A stretch of DNA of 63,847 bases, the filler included, from Psammoneis japonica (Eukaryota), in NCBI GenBank assembly GCA_008632985.1. It is 5 parts of 5 records of this genome, joined end to end, with 100 filler letters (N's around TTAATTAATTAA, not from the genome) between each part and the next. Parts side by side here need not be neighbours in the genome. Positions count along the whole stretch, not along the records: positions 43,687 to 57,648 come from QPGO01000499.1; positions 57,749 to 63,847 come from QPGO01000597.1; 3 more parts are not named here. One strand, written 5' to 3'. Numbering within the stretch: the first letter of the stretch is position 1; every line of letters begins with the position of its first letter. The notes beneath the pieces are model-generated. The model did not search any database. It had not been told where the DNA came from and worked only from the letters and a program-made list of their open reading frames with translations. The translations under genes and the position numbers were made by a program. Shown piece by piece: positions 51,964 to 63,847 of this stretch.

Positions 51964-53643
51964 CTAGTCTGTTACTCGACTAACTATTGGATCGCATCCC
52001 TTTACGTCTTTGACGGCAAAGCCTAGTTCGGTAATTCTCGCTCGCAAAGAATCCGCCAGCTCCCAGTCTTTGGCCTCTTTGGCGGCTGTCCTCTGTTCCA
52101 CCAAGTCTAGTACTTGGTCGGGTACTACGGTCTTTGCCTCTAATTCCTCTTGCTCCTTTTCTGTTAAAGGAACTTGATAAAAGATACCAAAAACCTTATC
52201 CATTTGGTCCATGGCGTCGTGGACGGCTTTCAAGCCAACCAAATCCAAAGGAGGCACGTCACCCTCGTCTTTTGCTTTCTTGACACGTTTGAATTCATTC
52301 TCGGCAGCCTTGACACAGGCAAAGAGAGATGCTGCTGCTCGTGGCATACTCAAATCATCCACCAATGCGGCTTCAAAATTGTCAATCTGTGCACGAACCA
52401 CCTTGTAGGCAATCTCGCTGTCCTTTGCATTCATACTGCATGAATCCTCTTGCACCGTCTCCTTCAATGCGTCTGCAATTTCATTTCGAATCTTGTCCAT
52501 TCGCTTGAGTGCTCCCTTGGCGGCACTCATGGCCTTTGGAGTGAAACTGAGCGGATTCCTGTACTGTGAGCTTACCACCAAGTAACGATAAGCACGGACT
52601 TCGTTTGGTTTGGGACACGCCGCTCGCAAAGTCAGAAAGTTGCCGAGACTCTTCGACATTTTCTCGTCATTAATATTGACAAAGCCATTATGGACCCAGC
52701 AATTACAAAAGACCTTGTCGGTGGCTCCCTCAGATTGAGCGATTTCGTTCTCGTGATGGGGAAAGGTCAAATCCACTCCGCCGCAATGCACGTCAATAGT
52801 GTCACCCAAGTACTTTCGAGCCATAGCGGAACATTCCAGATGCCATCCTGGCCGTCCCTTTCCCAACTCCTTACTATCCCACGTGGCATCTTGCTCCAAA
52901 TCAATACCGGGCTTATAGGCTTTCCATAAACAAAAGTCAAAGGCACCGCGCTTGTCTTGTTCTGTATTTCGCTCAGACGCTTCCATTTCGTCAAAGTTGA
53001 GTTGCACCAATTGTTGTCCATAGCCCTCTTTTTTGTCTACTGCAAAATACCACGATCCCTCATCAGTTTGATAGGCAAGTCCCTTGTCCCTCAGCATGAG
53101 TACCAACTCGACCATTTCATCAATGTGTTCTGTTGCACGGGGGTACTTGGACGCCCGGATAATGTTGAGCGCGTCCAAATCATCCATAAAGGCTTGTTCA
53201 TATTTTCTCGTAATGGTATAAAGATCCGTATTCGTATCCTGACATTTTTTAATAATCTTGTCATCCACGTCGGTTAGGTTGCAAATGTGCTCTACCGAGT
53301 ATCCCAGATACAGCAAGACTCGTTTGAGTACATCATAGGTCAGGAATGCACGAAAGTTTCCAACGTGCGCACTGTCGTAGACGGTCGGACCACACGTGTA
53401 CATACTGACTTTATTCTTTTCAAGAGTTTGAAAGGGCTCTTTTTGACGTGTTTTTGTATTGTAGAGGATCAAATCGTCTTGCGAAATGGCGTGGAGTGAA
53501 GATGAAGATGTTTTGATGCGGCGTCGTTGTTGTTGTATTCCTCCGTTTCTTTGAAAAGGTATGCAATTAGTGGGTGACCACGCATTGATGGGAGAGTCAC
53601 TACAGATAACGAAAAAAACAGCAATAAGGGAATAGCGTGCCAT
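51964..53643 (-). CDS. cysS: Cysteinyl-tRNA synthetase, organelle-targeted (start 53643 or 53700)
   Basis: MYTCGPTVYD.AHVGN, DF.LWK, GRPGWHLECSAM, D.H.GG.DL.FPHHENEIAQS, KMSKSLGN. N-terminal signal ..INA-WSP. Single intact ORF. Confidence 0.95.
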   Translation of the reverse strand: MARYSLIAVFFVICSDSPINAWSPTNCIPFQRNGGIQQQRRRIKTSSSSLHAISQDDLILYNTKTRQKEPFQTLEKNKVSMYTCGPTVYDSAHVGNFRAFLTYDVLKRVLLYLGYSVEHICNLTDVDDKIIKKCQDTNTDLYTITRKYEQAFMDDLDALNIIRASKYPRATEHIDEMVELVLMLRDKGLAYQTDEGSWYFAVDKKEGYGQQLVQLNFDEMEASERNTEQDKRGAFDFCLWKAYKPGIDLEQDATWDSKELGKGRPGWHLECSAMARKYLGDTIDVHCGGVDLTFPHHENEIAQSEGATDKVFCNCWVHNGFVNINDEKMSKSLGNFLTLRAACPKPNEVRAYRYLVVSSQYRNPLSFTPKAMSAAKGALKRMDKIRNEIADALKETVQEDSCSMNAKDSEIAYKVVRAQIDNFEAALVDDLSMPRAAASLFACVKAAENEFKRVKKAKDEGDVPPLDLVGLKAVHDAMDQMDKVFGIFYQVPLTEKEQEELEAKTVVPDQVLDLVEQRTAAKEAKDWELADSLRARITELGFAVKDVKGCDPIVSRVTD

Positions 53644-54321
53644 GGTGAATATCGCGAAGCTTTTCAAAAGGATGGTTTGTGTTTGGAGGGAAATGGCCAT
53701 GGTCGGGTTCGGTAGGTGTCGGCGGGTCGGAGGTCGGAGGGAAGAATACAACACACGTCAGTCAATTCGCGCGACTTGCGCGCATTTGGCACGGTAACGC
53801 ATCGACAGCCAGGCAACATCGTCACCCATTCCACAGCCGCACTGACTGATAGACATATTTTTATTGAAAATTTATTTACAATCGTGTATGAATAGCCCAT
53901 ATATTGTACATTATTCAGCGCTTTATATTCGAGGATAATCGGTCTTTTTTCAACATTCACACTGTCCACTCGCAGCCAAAGACAACCGGTCGGCACTTGT
54001 TCGTTGTGCGCCTCTCCAAACGCCGTGTTTTTGTCTCTATTGATATCATTTTGAGGTGAGCAACAAAAGCGACGTTTGAATGTAACGCATCGGTTGATGG
54101 ACTGCGCTGTGTATCGAGAGCAACTTTAACAGAGACCAACGCTGCTTGGTTGTGTGATTGCGTGATGCTACGTAGAGCACAGTACACTTTCTACGCCGGC
54201 CGTGGATACGCGATGCTTTTTTCTTGTCAATCATACCGTTTCTGACTTCGCTGCTCTCTGCTCTGTCTCTCTTTTGCATGACAGAAACATAACGCAGCAC
54301 TACTGCTAAACATCAAGAACA

Positions 54322-57117
54322 ATGCCCAAAGATGGTGGTCATGGTCCGGGCGGAGCGGCTGGCTCCGACTCTCGCTTCTTTACGACGCAGAAAAAGGCGA
54401 GATGCACGAGCTCCGGTTGGAATTGCACTCGACAGACCGCAACACCAAGGTGGACGCTGTAAAGAAAGTAATTGCCAGCATGACGGTCGGCAAGGACGTA
54501 TCTATGCTGTTTACCGATGTGTTGAACTGCGTTCAAACAGGAAATATCGAATTGAAAAAGCTCGTGTACCTGTACTTGATCAATTATGCCAAGAGCCAAC
54601 CGGAACTAACGCTGTTGGCTGTAAACACCTTTGTGAAGGACGCCAACGATCCCAATCCGCTTATTCGAGCACTTGCCGTCCGTACTATGGGCTGTATTCG
54701 TGTCGATCGCATTACGGAGTATCTCTGCGAACCTCTCTCGCGTGCTTTGCGAGATGACGATCCCTATGTCCGCAAGACAGCTGCTGTTTGTGTTGCCAAG
54801 TTGTACGACATTGCTCCGGCGCTGGTGCAAGAACGAGGCTTTTTAGAAGTGTTGCATGATTTGATTTCCGATTCCAATCCATCCGTAGTGGCCAATGGCG
54901 TGGCGGCTCTTTCGGAAATTGCCGAAACGTCTGGACGGGATGTCATGAAGATTTCGGCCAGTGTCTTGCAGAAGCTATTGGCCGCACTCAACGAGTGTAC
55001 CGAGTGGGGACAAGTTTTTATTTTGGATTCGCTCGCCAAGTACACTCCTACGGATGGACGAGAAGCTGAGGGAATTATCGAACGAGTCACTCCGCGACTG
55101 CAGCATGCCAATTCGGCGGTTGTGATGAGTGCTGTCAAAGTTATTCTCAGCTACATGGAGTACATGGGAAACCAAAACTCGGACGCGGTTCGCAACCTGA
55201 CACGCAAACTCGCTCCACCGCTTGTTACGCTTTTGAATAGCGAGCCGGAAGTTCAGTACGTGGCACTCCGAAACATTAACCTAATTGTGCAGAAGCGTCC
55301 CAGCATTTTGGAGAACGAGATCAAGGTCTTCTTCTGCAAGTACAATGACCCGATCTACGTCAAGATGGAAAAGCTTGAGATTATTATTAAACTCGTTTCC
55401 GAAAAGAATATCGATCAAGTCCTTTTGGAACTCAAGGAGTACGCCACCGAGGTTGATGTTGACTTTGTCCGCAAGTCGGTCTCGGCTATTGGACGGTGCG
55501 CCGTCAAGTTGGAACGCGCCGCGGAACGGTGCATTGGCGTCTTGCTTGAACTCATTCAAACCAAGGTCAACTATGTGGTGCAGGAATCCGTTATTGTCAT
55601 TAAGGACATTTTCCGTCGTTACCCCAATCGGTATGAAAGCATAATTGCCACTCTCTGTGATAATCTTGACACGCTCGACGAACCACTTGCCAAGGCGAGT
55701 ATGATTTGGATTATTGGAGAATACGCAGAGCGGATTGACAATGCCGATGAGTTGCTCGATACCTTTTTGGAAACCTTTGAAGAAGAAGACCCCGCAGTGC
55801 AGCTGCAACTACTGACGGCAACCGTCAAGTGCTTTTTGAAAAACCCCGAAGATACCCAAGACATGGTACAGCGCGTTTTGGATATGGCCACGGAGGAATC
55901 GGACAATCCAGACCTAAGAGATCGTGGCTTTATCTACTGGCGATTGCTCAGTACGGATCCGGAAGCAGCCAAAATGGTGGTGCTTGGCGACAAGCCCGTT
56001 ATTGAGGATGACACCTTTCGGCTGGAACCGGCGCTGCTTAACGCGCTCATTGGACAGATTGCCACTCTCAGTTCGGTATATCACAAGCCACCTGAAGCCT
56101 TTGTGGTGCGTGGGCACGCGGGACGGGGTGTCGAAGAGGAGGCTTACGAAGAAGAAGACGAGGAGGAAGATGTGGAGTATGAAGGAGAGAATGATGTAGA
56201 CGATGGTGAAGACGGACAGGTGGATTTGCTAGATATGGGAGGACTCGCTGTGACGGACGACCGATCGGCGCCAGATGCTTTTGGAGTTGTGGTACGTGCT
56301 GCTCCATATGTTGCTGTTATAATTTTGTCACTGTTGTCTTCTTACCCCTTTACATTTTTTCCGCGCTCTACTGCTTTAGTCCAAGCCCATCATGCACCAG
56401 GTTTGTACTCCCGACAAGTCTGGCGGCATTGAAATCCTTGCTGGCTTCCATCAAATCAACTCGGCAATCAAGATGGAAATGGAATTTCGCAACGTCTCTT
56501 CCGAGACGCCCGTATCTAACTTGGCTATTCAGTTGAACAAGAACGCGTTTGGGTTGAGCCCTGCAAGTCAGCAGATTATGTTGAACCCGCACGTTCCACA
56601 TGGTTCGTCGGGAGCGGCCCAAGTAGAGCTTGTCGTGACTCCCGCTATGCTGGCACCTGTTGCTGCCGGACAGCAAGCGTCTCCACAGATTCAAGTTGCC
56701 ATTAAGAACATGGCCACGAGCAACGTCTTTTACTTTGCCGCCAACTTTGCATTAGAGGCACTCTTTAGCCCAGACGGTGCCCTGGATCGATCCGCCTTTA
56801 TCGAAGCGTGGAAGTCGATTGACGACCAAAAGGAAATGTACAGCACCGTGACCGACTTGCCCACGACGGATATTGAAGAGGTCCAAGCCAAATTCAAGAC
56901 TAACAATGTCTTTTTTATTGCCCGTCGTCCCGTACCGAACGCCGAGGGACAGGAGGTTGTCTACTTTTCCATGCGTACCGTGACTGCGATGCAATTCTTG
57001 GCGGAACTCACATTTAAAGAGGGTGTGAATGCTTGCAAAATTTGTCTCAAGACGGAGGCTGCACCCTATGCCACCATGGCCAAGACCGCCTTGGAGAATC
57101 TGCTTCGTGCTCCGTAA
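54322..57117 (+). CDS. AP-1/AP-2 complex beta-adaptin; intron 56292-56379; apparent 1-nt homopolymer frameshift near 54395
   Basis: [10 protein letters not shown](G)[56 protein letters not shown]-terminal appendage domain. Intron GTACGT...TTTAG is in frame. Confidence 0.93.
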
Positions 57118-57648
57118 GGTGTTGTCGATGTTGAGTTGATGGGCGCAGTCGAGTAGCTGAACGCGGTAGTAGCGATGTTTTCTAGTGTGTTCCTGTTGTC
57201 TGTATGGCATGATTATCTTTCTAGTCTTTTGCTGTTGTCTGTACATAATGATATGAAAACAGCGCCACGGTGGAATGCTACAAGCAATAATTGTAGTCCA
57301 GTGTACTCGTGCTGCATTCGTTTTCGCGACTCTGTTCTCTCTCTACTCTACTGTAGAGTGGAGAAACGCGCACTGTTTCATTGGTGGCATGCGCGATCTT
57401 CTGGCACGTCTGGAACTGGACTGGAAACGCAAGGATTGAGCCAGTGAGGGTGGGTGAAGACAAGTGGACAAATCGGCATGGAAATCATTGCCCAGACAGC
57501 CAAATGTGTCAACATTCAACATGAAGACATTGAACACAACAATTTCAGTGACAATTTTGAAAATGTTCCCATGAGTGAAAACATCTGTGGCAATGATCAA
57601 GTGCAGGTGCTTGGATTTGCACAAAAAGCACCCAGACAGTCATGGCTG

Positions 57649-57748
57649 NNNNNNNNNNNNNNNNNNNNNNNNNNNNNNNNNNNNNNNNNNNNTTAATTAA
57701 TTAANNNNNNNNNNNNNNNNNNNNNNNNNNNNNNNNNNNNNNNNNNNN
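57649..57748. other. Assembly gap with linker
   Basis: N44-TTAATTAATTAA-N44. Confidence 0.98.
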
Positions 57749-60700
57749 TGGCAAGAGGCTCGGACGTGATCTCCCCACTTTCCCATTCAAGCATGATGTT
57801 GTAGCTTGAGCCTTTCCAGGTTGGGTCGTGAGGCTTCAGAGGTCCTTCGTGTGACACGATGCGTCGAAATTTCCAAAGTGGTGTCTTCGTCTTCTTGCTC
57901 AATGTGATTCATGATGTCATTGCAGGCAAGGACTTCCTCGTATTCGTCATTGTTGACAGAGCAGACGAACTTAGTGAGCTCGGGATTGCCGTTCACTTTC
58001 CATTCGTGGTCTTCGACGGCCTTGACGATGCGAGCTCTGTGGCGTTGTCCGTCCTCTTGTGGCTGCATGAGGAAGGTACGTCCAATGATGTCTTGCGGAT
58101 CGAAAACTGGCATCTTGGGTGTCCTGATCTCCCCATCAGGAGAATCGACGGGGTTGTCGTCATGGCGAGATTTGATGATGGGTTCAGGTGGCTCCCCATC
58201 AGGAGGATCAAGACGCAGGTTTCGAACGGCAGGATCGGGGGTAGCGGAGCGAACGTTGGACCGGCAGAGGATCTTCTGAGTCTCGTCAGATAGAATCTTG
58301 AAGGTCATCTGGTGGCCGACGTGCTCAGCAATGCCAACGAAGCGTCCACGCAACTCACGGGATTCGGACGGCCAATCGGAGTCATCGAGGTGGAAGTGCA
58401 CTGGTTCCCACCAGTGAAAGCGAAGCAATGGGCTGATGTCCGGGGTGGATCCAGTGAGAGTCTCGAGGGGCGTGCGCCAGTGGAGACGTGGGGACGCTGT
58501 GTGGTTGAGTGAAGCACACGCACATGAGCGCCAGCAGCCATGTGTGGGCGGGCGAACCAAAACGGTCCATGACAGTGTTCGCCATGCGCTTCACGGTCTG
58601 GTGTCGACGCTCGGCAAAGTTTTGGTGTTGCTGGTGAGGCTCACTTTGCCAGCTGGAGATGAAGAGGGCGCGTAGGATCCCGAGCACTTTGTTGCTGATC
58701 TCAACTTGAGCACGGTCGCTAATGAGTTTGGATGGGGCACCACGTTCACGGATCTGATCCTCGAGTGTGTTGACAAACTCTTTGTCCGTCTTAGTGCCGT
58801 AGACGTCAGTGACGGTAGACTCGGTGCCAACAAACAGTTGGGCGCTGGTGCAACCAGAGTCGACGGCCGGGGTGTCGGCACAAACGGTGTCAGTGGCGAC
58901 AGGCTCGTTGCGGCGGTGCACATTAAGGGCGGGGTTGGGTGATTTGCAGGCCTTGCGAAGGTGTGTACCGGCGGGCATGCGGGCGCACTGCGTGGTGCAG
59001 TCAAAAGTACGACGGACCGCATCGGCAGGTAGGAAGCCAAAGCAAGGCCGAAGAGACTCGAAGGGGGGGTCCTTGGGCTGTACAGTGCGCTCCGGAGGTG
59101 GAACGTCATCGCCCTGGGGGTCAATCGCATGCAGATGACACTCGTAGAACACGTCGTCGTTCGGAATGAGGTGATCATCGAGGGCGGACGCGTGATCGGC
59201 AGACAAGGAAGCGGACAAGATGGTCTCGTTGACAACGACACGGTGACGGCAGTTGCCGCATTCGTCAAATGGGTTGGCAGTGGGATCGTCCTGCAGGTCA
59301 GAGATCGCGTCGCACCACTGGTCGTCGTCAGTGACAGAGTGATCGAGGACGGAAGGGTCCCATGTGTCATCACCGGTGAGGATGACATGGGGCAGGGTGT
59401 CCCATTCGGCGTCAGTGTAAGGTCGCATGGCAACATGAGGCAGGCCAGCCTTGATGTCAATGGGGATGACATAGCCATCAGGAGTGGCAATGCGTTGCAA
59501 GCCGTTGGGCACCTTGACAGAGCGATCGTTGACATCCTGTTTGTACCATTCGAGCTGGCCGCAGGAATGGATGGTCTTGCCCTTTCCCGTGCATGCGCAC
59601 TGATGGAGGATGGCGATGACGGGACCACGCTGGGTCTCAATGACGGCACCAGCGGTGACAATGGGGATGTCCACCAATTGATGATCGTCAATGCCCTGAA
59701 CGTCGACTTGGCGAGAGGTGCGTGCAATGACGCGAACGTCGTCGCCAGCAATGCCGCCGTTGGCCCCACGATCGACTAGAGCGCCAGTGCGTGTGGAGCG
59801 ATGAGCAGAGGCAGAGCAAATGACATTGTGGTTGTCAACGCGGCGGCAAGTGCGGCCGTTAAGTTCATGTCATCTGCAGAAGCTGGCGGGGTAGAGGAAG
59901 CGGCGGATGGCCCCGGTCGACTGGCATTGGGGGCTTGGTTAGGAGACAACAGACGTTGCAGATCACCGGGTGGCAGTGGCTTGCGCTTGGTGAGGTGCGC
60001 CAGGATGGGATCCGAAGTGGCGTCCACATGTGAGCGGAGTCACCACAGTCAGCAGGAGTCGTGTTGGACAAGTTGACATCACCGTCACTCCCAAGGTGTT
60101 GGTCGTGAAGGTTGGCCGTAACAGACTCATGGCAGTTGCTGGCTCGCGGGTTGCGGGGAGGCGGACGAGAATGCTCAAGGATGATCGCCTTGGAGGAATC
60201 GGGCAACGAATCCCAGAGCCGTTGGTGGTCGGGAGGGAGACGTCTCCATTGGACACCGGTGAGGCTGGGACCGCGGGTGCAGGCAGCATTGGCTTGAAGG
60301 ACGTCAACGTCGCTGTCAATGTCGTAGAACACATCGTCGGACGGTTCCTCGGAGCAGACGTCGTGTGCGTGTGGCGCGTCGGGGAGCTCGAGGTGTCGTC
60401 TTGGGTTGAAACGTGCTGTCGCACTGAGCTGCCGCGGAGAGGAGCAAGCCACAGCATTGATCGCATGTGAGGCTCTTGCCACTCTGCGTACGATGCTGAT
60501 CAGCTTGGTTCTTGACAGCACGGAGTTCCTCGACAGGGTGCACGGCATTCTCGAGCATGACGCGCTTCTGTCCTTCAGAGAAGTGGTCACTGGCGGGATG
60601 AGTGCCTCGCACTTGCGCAACTGATCTTGCCAATGAAGGATGAACCCGTGGGTCGGACCTTTCCAAGTGCCATCACCAAGACGCGCGGTGGTGAGGTGCG

Positions 60701-62666
60701 TGAGCAGGGTGGAGGACTCGACAGATGCGCGGGTGGAGGCAAGCGCGCACTCAGACAAGGAGCGGCAGACGGTCTGTGCGTCAGAAGACCCCACATTTTC
60801 GCGAATGAGAGCCTTGCCCTTGTCGGTGAGAAGGATGCGTTCGAAGACGGCGAACATGTGCTTTTGCTGTTCAGCAAAGAGCAGTTTGTCTTCGGGGCTG
60901 GTCGGTTTGTACGACGAGTCTAGAATGCACTCGACGTCTTGGGCACGGGCTTGTGCCACAAGTGAGGTGTGCCAAGTGTGCCACTGCTTGTCGGATTTGA
61001 GAGCCGTGAAAGCGGTGGGATCACGCTTGATGCCTCGCTTGAAGTCCCGCACCGGGTCGCGTGCCTTGGTCGGGTTGGTGACATGTGGAGGTGCAAGGGG
61101 TGAGCTGCCGATGGACACAGAAGACATGCAGTCGGGGCTGAGGCGGCAGGCAAGGAACTCGTCATGCGTGAACAAAGAGGAGTCGTTGGCAACGTCAAGA
61201 CCTTTGTGTGCTTTGACAATGTACAGACTGACTAGTGCTGCTAACATGTTCTTATAACCACGGGGCAAAGGGATTACATTAGTGCCGTTGTCGCACTCAA
61301 GCGAGTCGATTTGGGACGGCATGAACGTGAACAGTTCCTGATGCGAGTCCGTGCCGTCTTGGGCCAAAGCCAAACGAAGAGGACTCCCAGCACCTTGGGC
61401 AAGCACGGTTCCAACAACGTGCTCGAAACCATCGGTTTGTTGCTGACGAGTGAGAACCATGGCAGACAAAAGTGGTGTCAGGACAATCAATTCTGGTTGG
61501 GAAGCGAAGGTAGACTCGAAACTTGGGTGAGAATAGACTTGACTTGAAATGGACTTGACTTGAAATCTTGAACTATCTTAAAATCAGAAGTCGCCGGGCT
61601 TTGTCATCCCGTTCGTTGTCAAGTGCTAAACTTCCCATCCGGTCCGTAGAGTTGTGCCGGCACGTCCGAACCCGCAGCTGGCGGCGCTTTGGGTTGCTTG
61701 CGAGCGGAGCAGCGGGTTGTAAACCCCTGCAGGCAAGCTGACTAGAGGTGGACAAGACCCCCGAACCGTTCTTATTTTATGTCGGTTGGATTTCCCGATC
61801 AGGCTGGCCAGTTGACGCAGGCGTCAGGCGCTGTGGACGAACGAACAAACGCGGGAAAGCACCCTCGCCCCAACGCAGGCTGCAATCACGGCTGCTTGCT
61901 CTCACAGTCGTCCTCGTGGACCTAGTAGAACTGTAGAGCACCAGCAGTCCGGGGTAGATCAGGTACAATGGACTCGGTGTGCTTGTAGAGTGGCAGCAAA
62001 ACCGCAGTCCGAAGAGTGGGTACAGGTTCTTGGCCGTGAAGATGTGTATATATATATATGTCTTCAGCGACGAAGATCCTTGAATGTGTAGGGTTCTTGA
62101 CCGTTAACCGATGAATGGTATATCAAGGGATGGATCAAGGATAGACTTGGATATGACCGTTGAATATGTCTTCAGCGACCGAAGGTAGTATAATCAATCC
62201 AGATATCCAGCGGTAAGGAGACTTGACGGTGACGTTAACTTCCTGCCGATGCCCTGGTATTGAATGCGCGTAGACTTGCCGATGTATGTAGAATAATACG
62301 GAGGTCCACGTAGAATTGAAATAGCGTCGTTGGTAAATCAACGACGACGATGGCGGTTGCTCAATGGGTTGACAATGAGCAAGACTGTTAATCTGACAGA
62401 AAATGAAGGCAAATGGCAAGAATTCAAACAATAACTCCTTACTGCTGTCTAAATAGCAGATGAGTCTCGCTCAGAGACCTTACAGGAGCGAGAGACGTGT
62501 AAGTCGGTATAATCGGGCTACTGTTATTATTCTTGTGAGCCTTGTGGCTCGAAAGCAAACTACATCGCGCGTGAACGCGCGGAACTAAAGCACACAAAAC
62601 TGTGCGCGGTAAACTAAACAGCGCGCGATACTTCGCGCGCATCCAAATCCTGTTCAAATCCTGTCA
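57749..62666 (-). mobile_element. Ty1/copia (CoDi-like) copy B, 5' half (LTR-PBS-leader-gag-protease-integrase); 3' part lost in gap
   Basis: gag 61490-59865 (FKRGIKRD), ALVDRGANGG, integrase SDRAQVE..QNFAERR. Frameshifted. Homologous to copy A and overlaps copy C by ~450 nt. Confidence 0.95.
62394..62666 (-). repeat. 5' LTR of copia copy B (TpA intact)
   Basis: TGACAG...CTGTCA; PBS at 62377-62393. Confidence 0.93.
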
Positions 62667-63847
62667 CACTGTTCTCATGATGCTTCCCGGATGACCCTGG
62701 GGACCTGGGCTCTGTTTGATGTCTTCAATGCCCTGAGTTTGCAACTGGTTGGTTGGTTGTTGCACTGGGGTGTCTGTCCTTTCACTCTGGAGTCAGGAGC
62801 TTCAGATCTCAATCTGGCATGGATGAAGCAACTGGTTGCCACAACTGTGCTGGACAAGCCTTCTTGCAATGCTCCATCACCATTCTCAAAGCATTCCCTG
62901 GGGCCCCAAGAGATTTTCTGCTGTCAGTTGGTGGCATCAGGGTGTCTTCTCACTCTGGAGTTGTGAATTTCAGCTCACATTTTGTTGGGAGGCACTGCTG
63001 CACCAGATGAGGCTTTGTAATCTGCCAACATTCTTGTTGCAATGCTTGCCCAACATTCTCACAGTGTTTCCTTGGCTCCTCTAGAGACCTTCAATGCCCT
63101 CAGCCTGCAGTTGTTGTGCTGTTTGGTTGCACCAGGGTGTCCTTTTGCTCTGGACAAGGGGCTTTCATCTTGTCTTGCTCTGGCATGGAGCAAGTGACTG
63201 TGGGGCTGGAGCTGCTCCAGATGTTCCTTGCAACCCCCCCTCCCCCCGCAAATCTCAAAATGTTTTCTGGGTTTTGCCAGAGATCTTCAATTGCCTCAGC
63301 CTGCAGTTGTTGGGTTGCTTGGTTGCATCAGGGTGTCCTTCACTCTGGAGTTGGGACCTTCATCAGCTGTGTTGCTCTGGCACAGCTGAGATGACTTGTT
63401 GGCTGCAACTGCACCAGATGAGCCATCAACACTCCACTGCTGTTCCCAAAACGTTCCCTGGATTCCACCAGAGACCTTCAATGCCCTCAGCCTGCAGTTG
63501 TTGGGTTGGTTGGTTGAGTCATGGTGTTCTTTCTCTGAGGAGAGAGGAGTCTTTTTTTGCTCTGACTCTGGCATGGCTGAAGTGACTGGTGAGCACCACT
63601 GCACCAGGCAAGCAACACCATTCAAAGTGTCCTCTTGGCTCTCCTGCAGATCTTTGACACCTTTGGCCTGCAGCTGGTGTGTCCTTTGTTCACTCTGGAG
63701 CAGTTGGGAATTTTCCTCCTCTCATGTTGGCATGAGCTGATTGTCTGGGGGATGGAGCTGCAACAGATGAGCCTTGCAACACTCCGCCGCTGTTCTCAAA
63801 GTGTTTCCTGGGTTCCACAAAAGACCTTCAATGCAATCAGAAAGTGC
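62667..63847. repeat. Degenerate tandem repeats, TA- and CG-depleted
   Basis: TTCAATGCCCTCAGCCTGCAGTTGTTGG-like and CACTCTGGAG motifs recur at ~62720, 63090, 63290 and 63480. Confidence 0.55.

Noticed and set aside
54385..54402. Frameshift at the start of beta-adaptin as a programmed frameshift or pseudogene
   Set aside because: One base is missing in an A/G run of an otherwise conserved housekeeping gene; most likely a homopolymer sequencing error.
14932..57748. TTAATTAATTAA repeated four times inside N runs
   Set aside because: Artificial scaffold linker (stops in six frames) with identical N44 padding; not biological.
40963..62666. Copies C and B as one giant LTR element carrying MAP1, cysS and beta-adaptin
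   Set aside because: Outer flanks differ (CAAAT vs CACTG, no TSD). The two halves overlap by ~450 nt with several differences, and both abut gaps. Two separate insertions are more likely.
53..63740. Hundreds of short overlapping Cys/His-rich ORFs, or a possible alternative genetic code
   Set aside because: By-product of TAA/TAG and Tyr codon loss. Intact genes use Tyr and standard stops normally.

Overview
Eukaryotic DNA, most likely from a diatom: it has CoDi-type Ty1/copia elements, bipartite plastid-type presequences and short GT-AG introns. The scaffold has four 100-nt gaps, each padded with an artificial TTAATTAATTAA linker. Islands of ordinary genes (S9 glutamyl-peptidase-like, DnaJ, ankyrin, an orphan ORF, methionine aminopeptidase, Cys-tRNA synthetase, beta-adaptin) alternate with blocks of transposons and decayed genes. 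The mobile elements are a decayed Ty3/gypsy element, a CRE-like LINE fragment, three partial CoDi copies, a 567-bp MITE, and a ~5.3-kb TIR transposon that pairs a Harbinger/ISL2EU-type DDE transposase with an XPG/EXO1-type nuclease carrying a SWIM finger. The main signal is a strand-symmetric TpA->TpG/CpA (A>G / T>C) hypermutation confined to the repeat and pseudogene blocks. By hand alignment of two sister LTRs, 14 of 16 TpA sites are converted (7 to CA, 7 to TG), against 4 of 20 CpG sites. Conserved Tyr codons become Cys or His independently in different copies. This looks like a RIP-like genome-defence or heterochromatin-linked mutator with a chemistry different from fungal RIP. 5' LTR/leader regions and the MITE are spared. 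No responsible enzyme is evident in the window.
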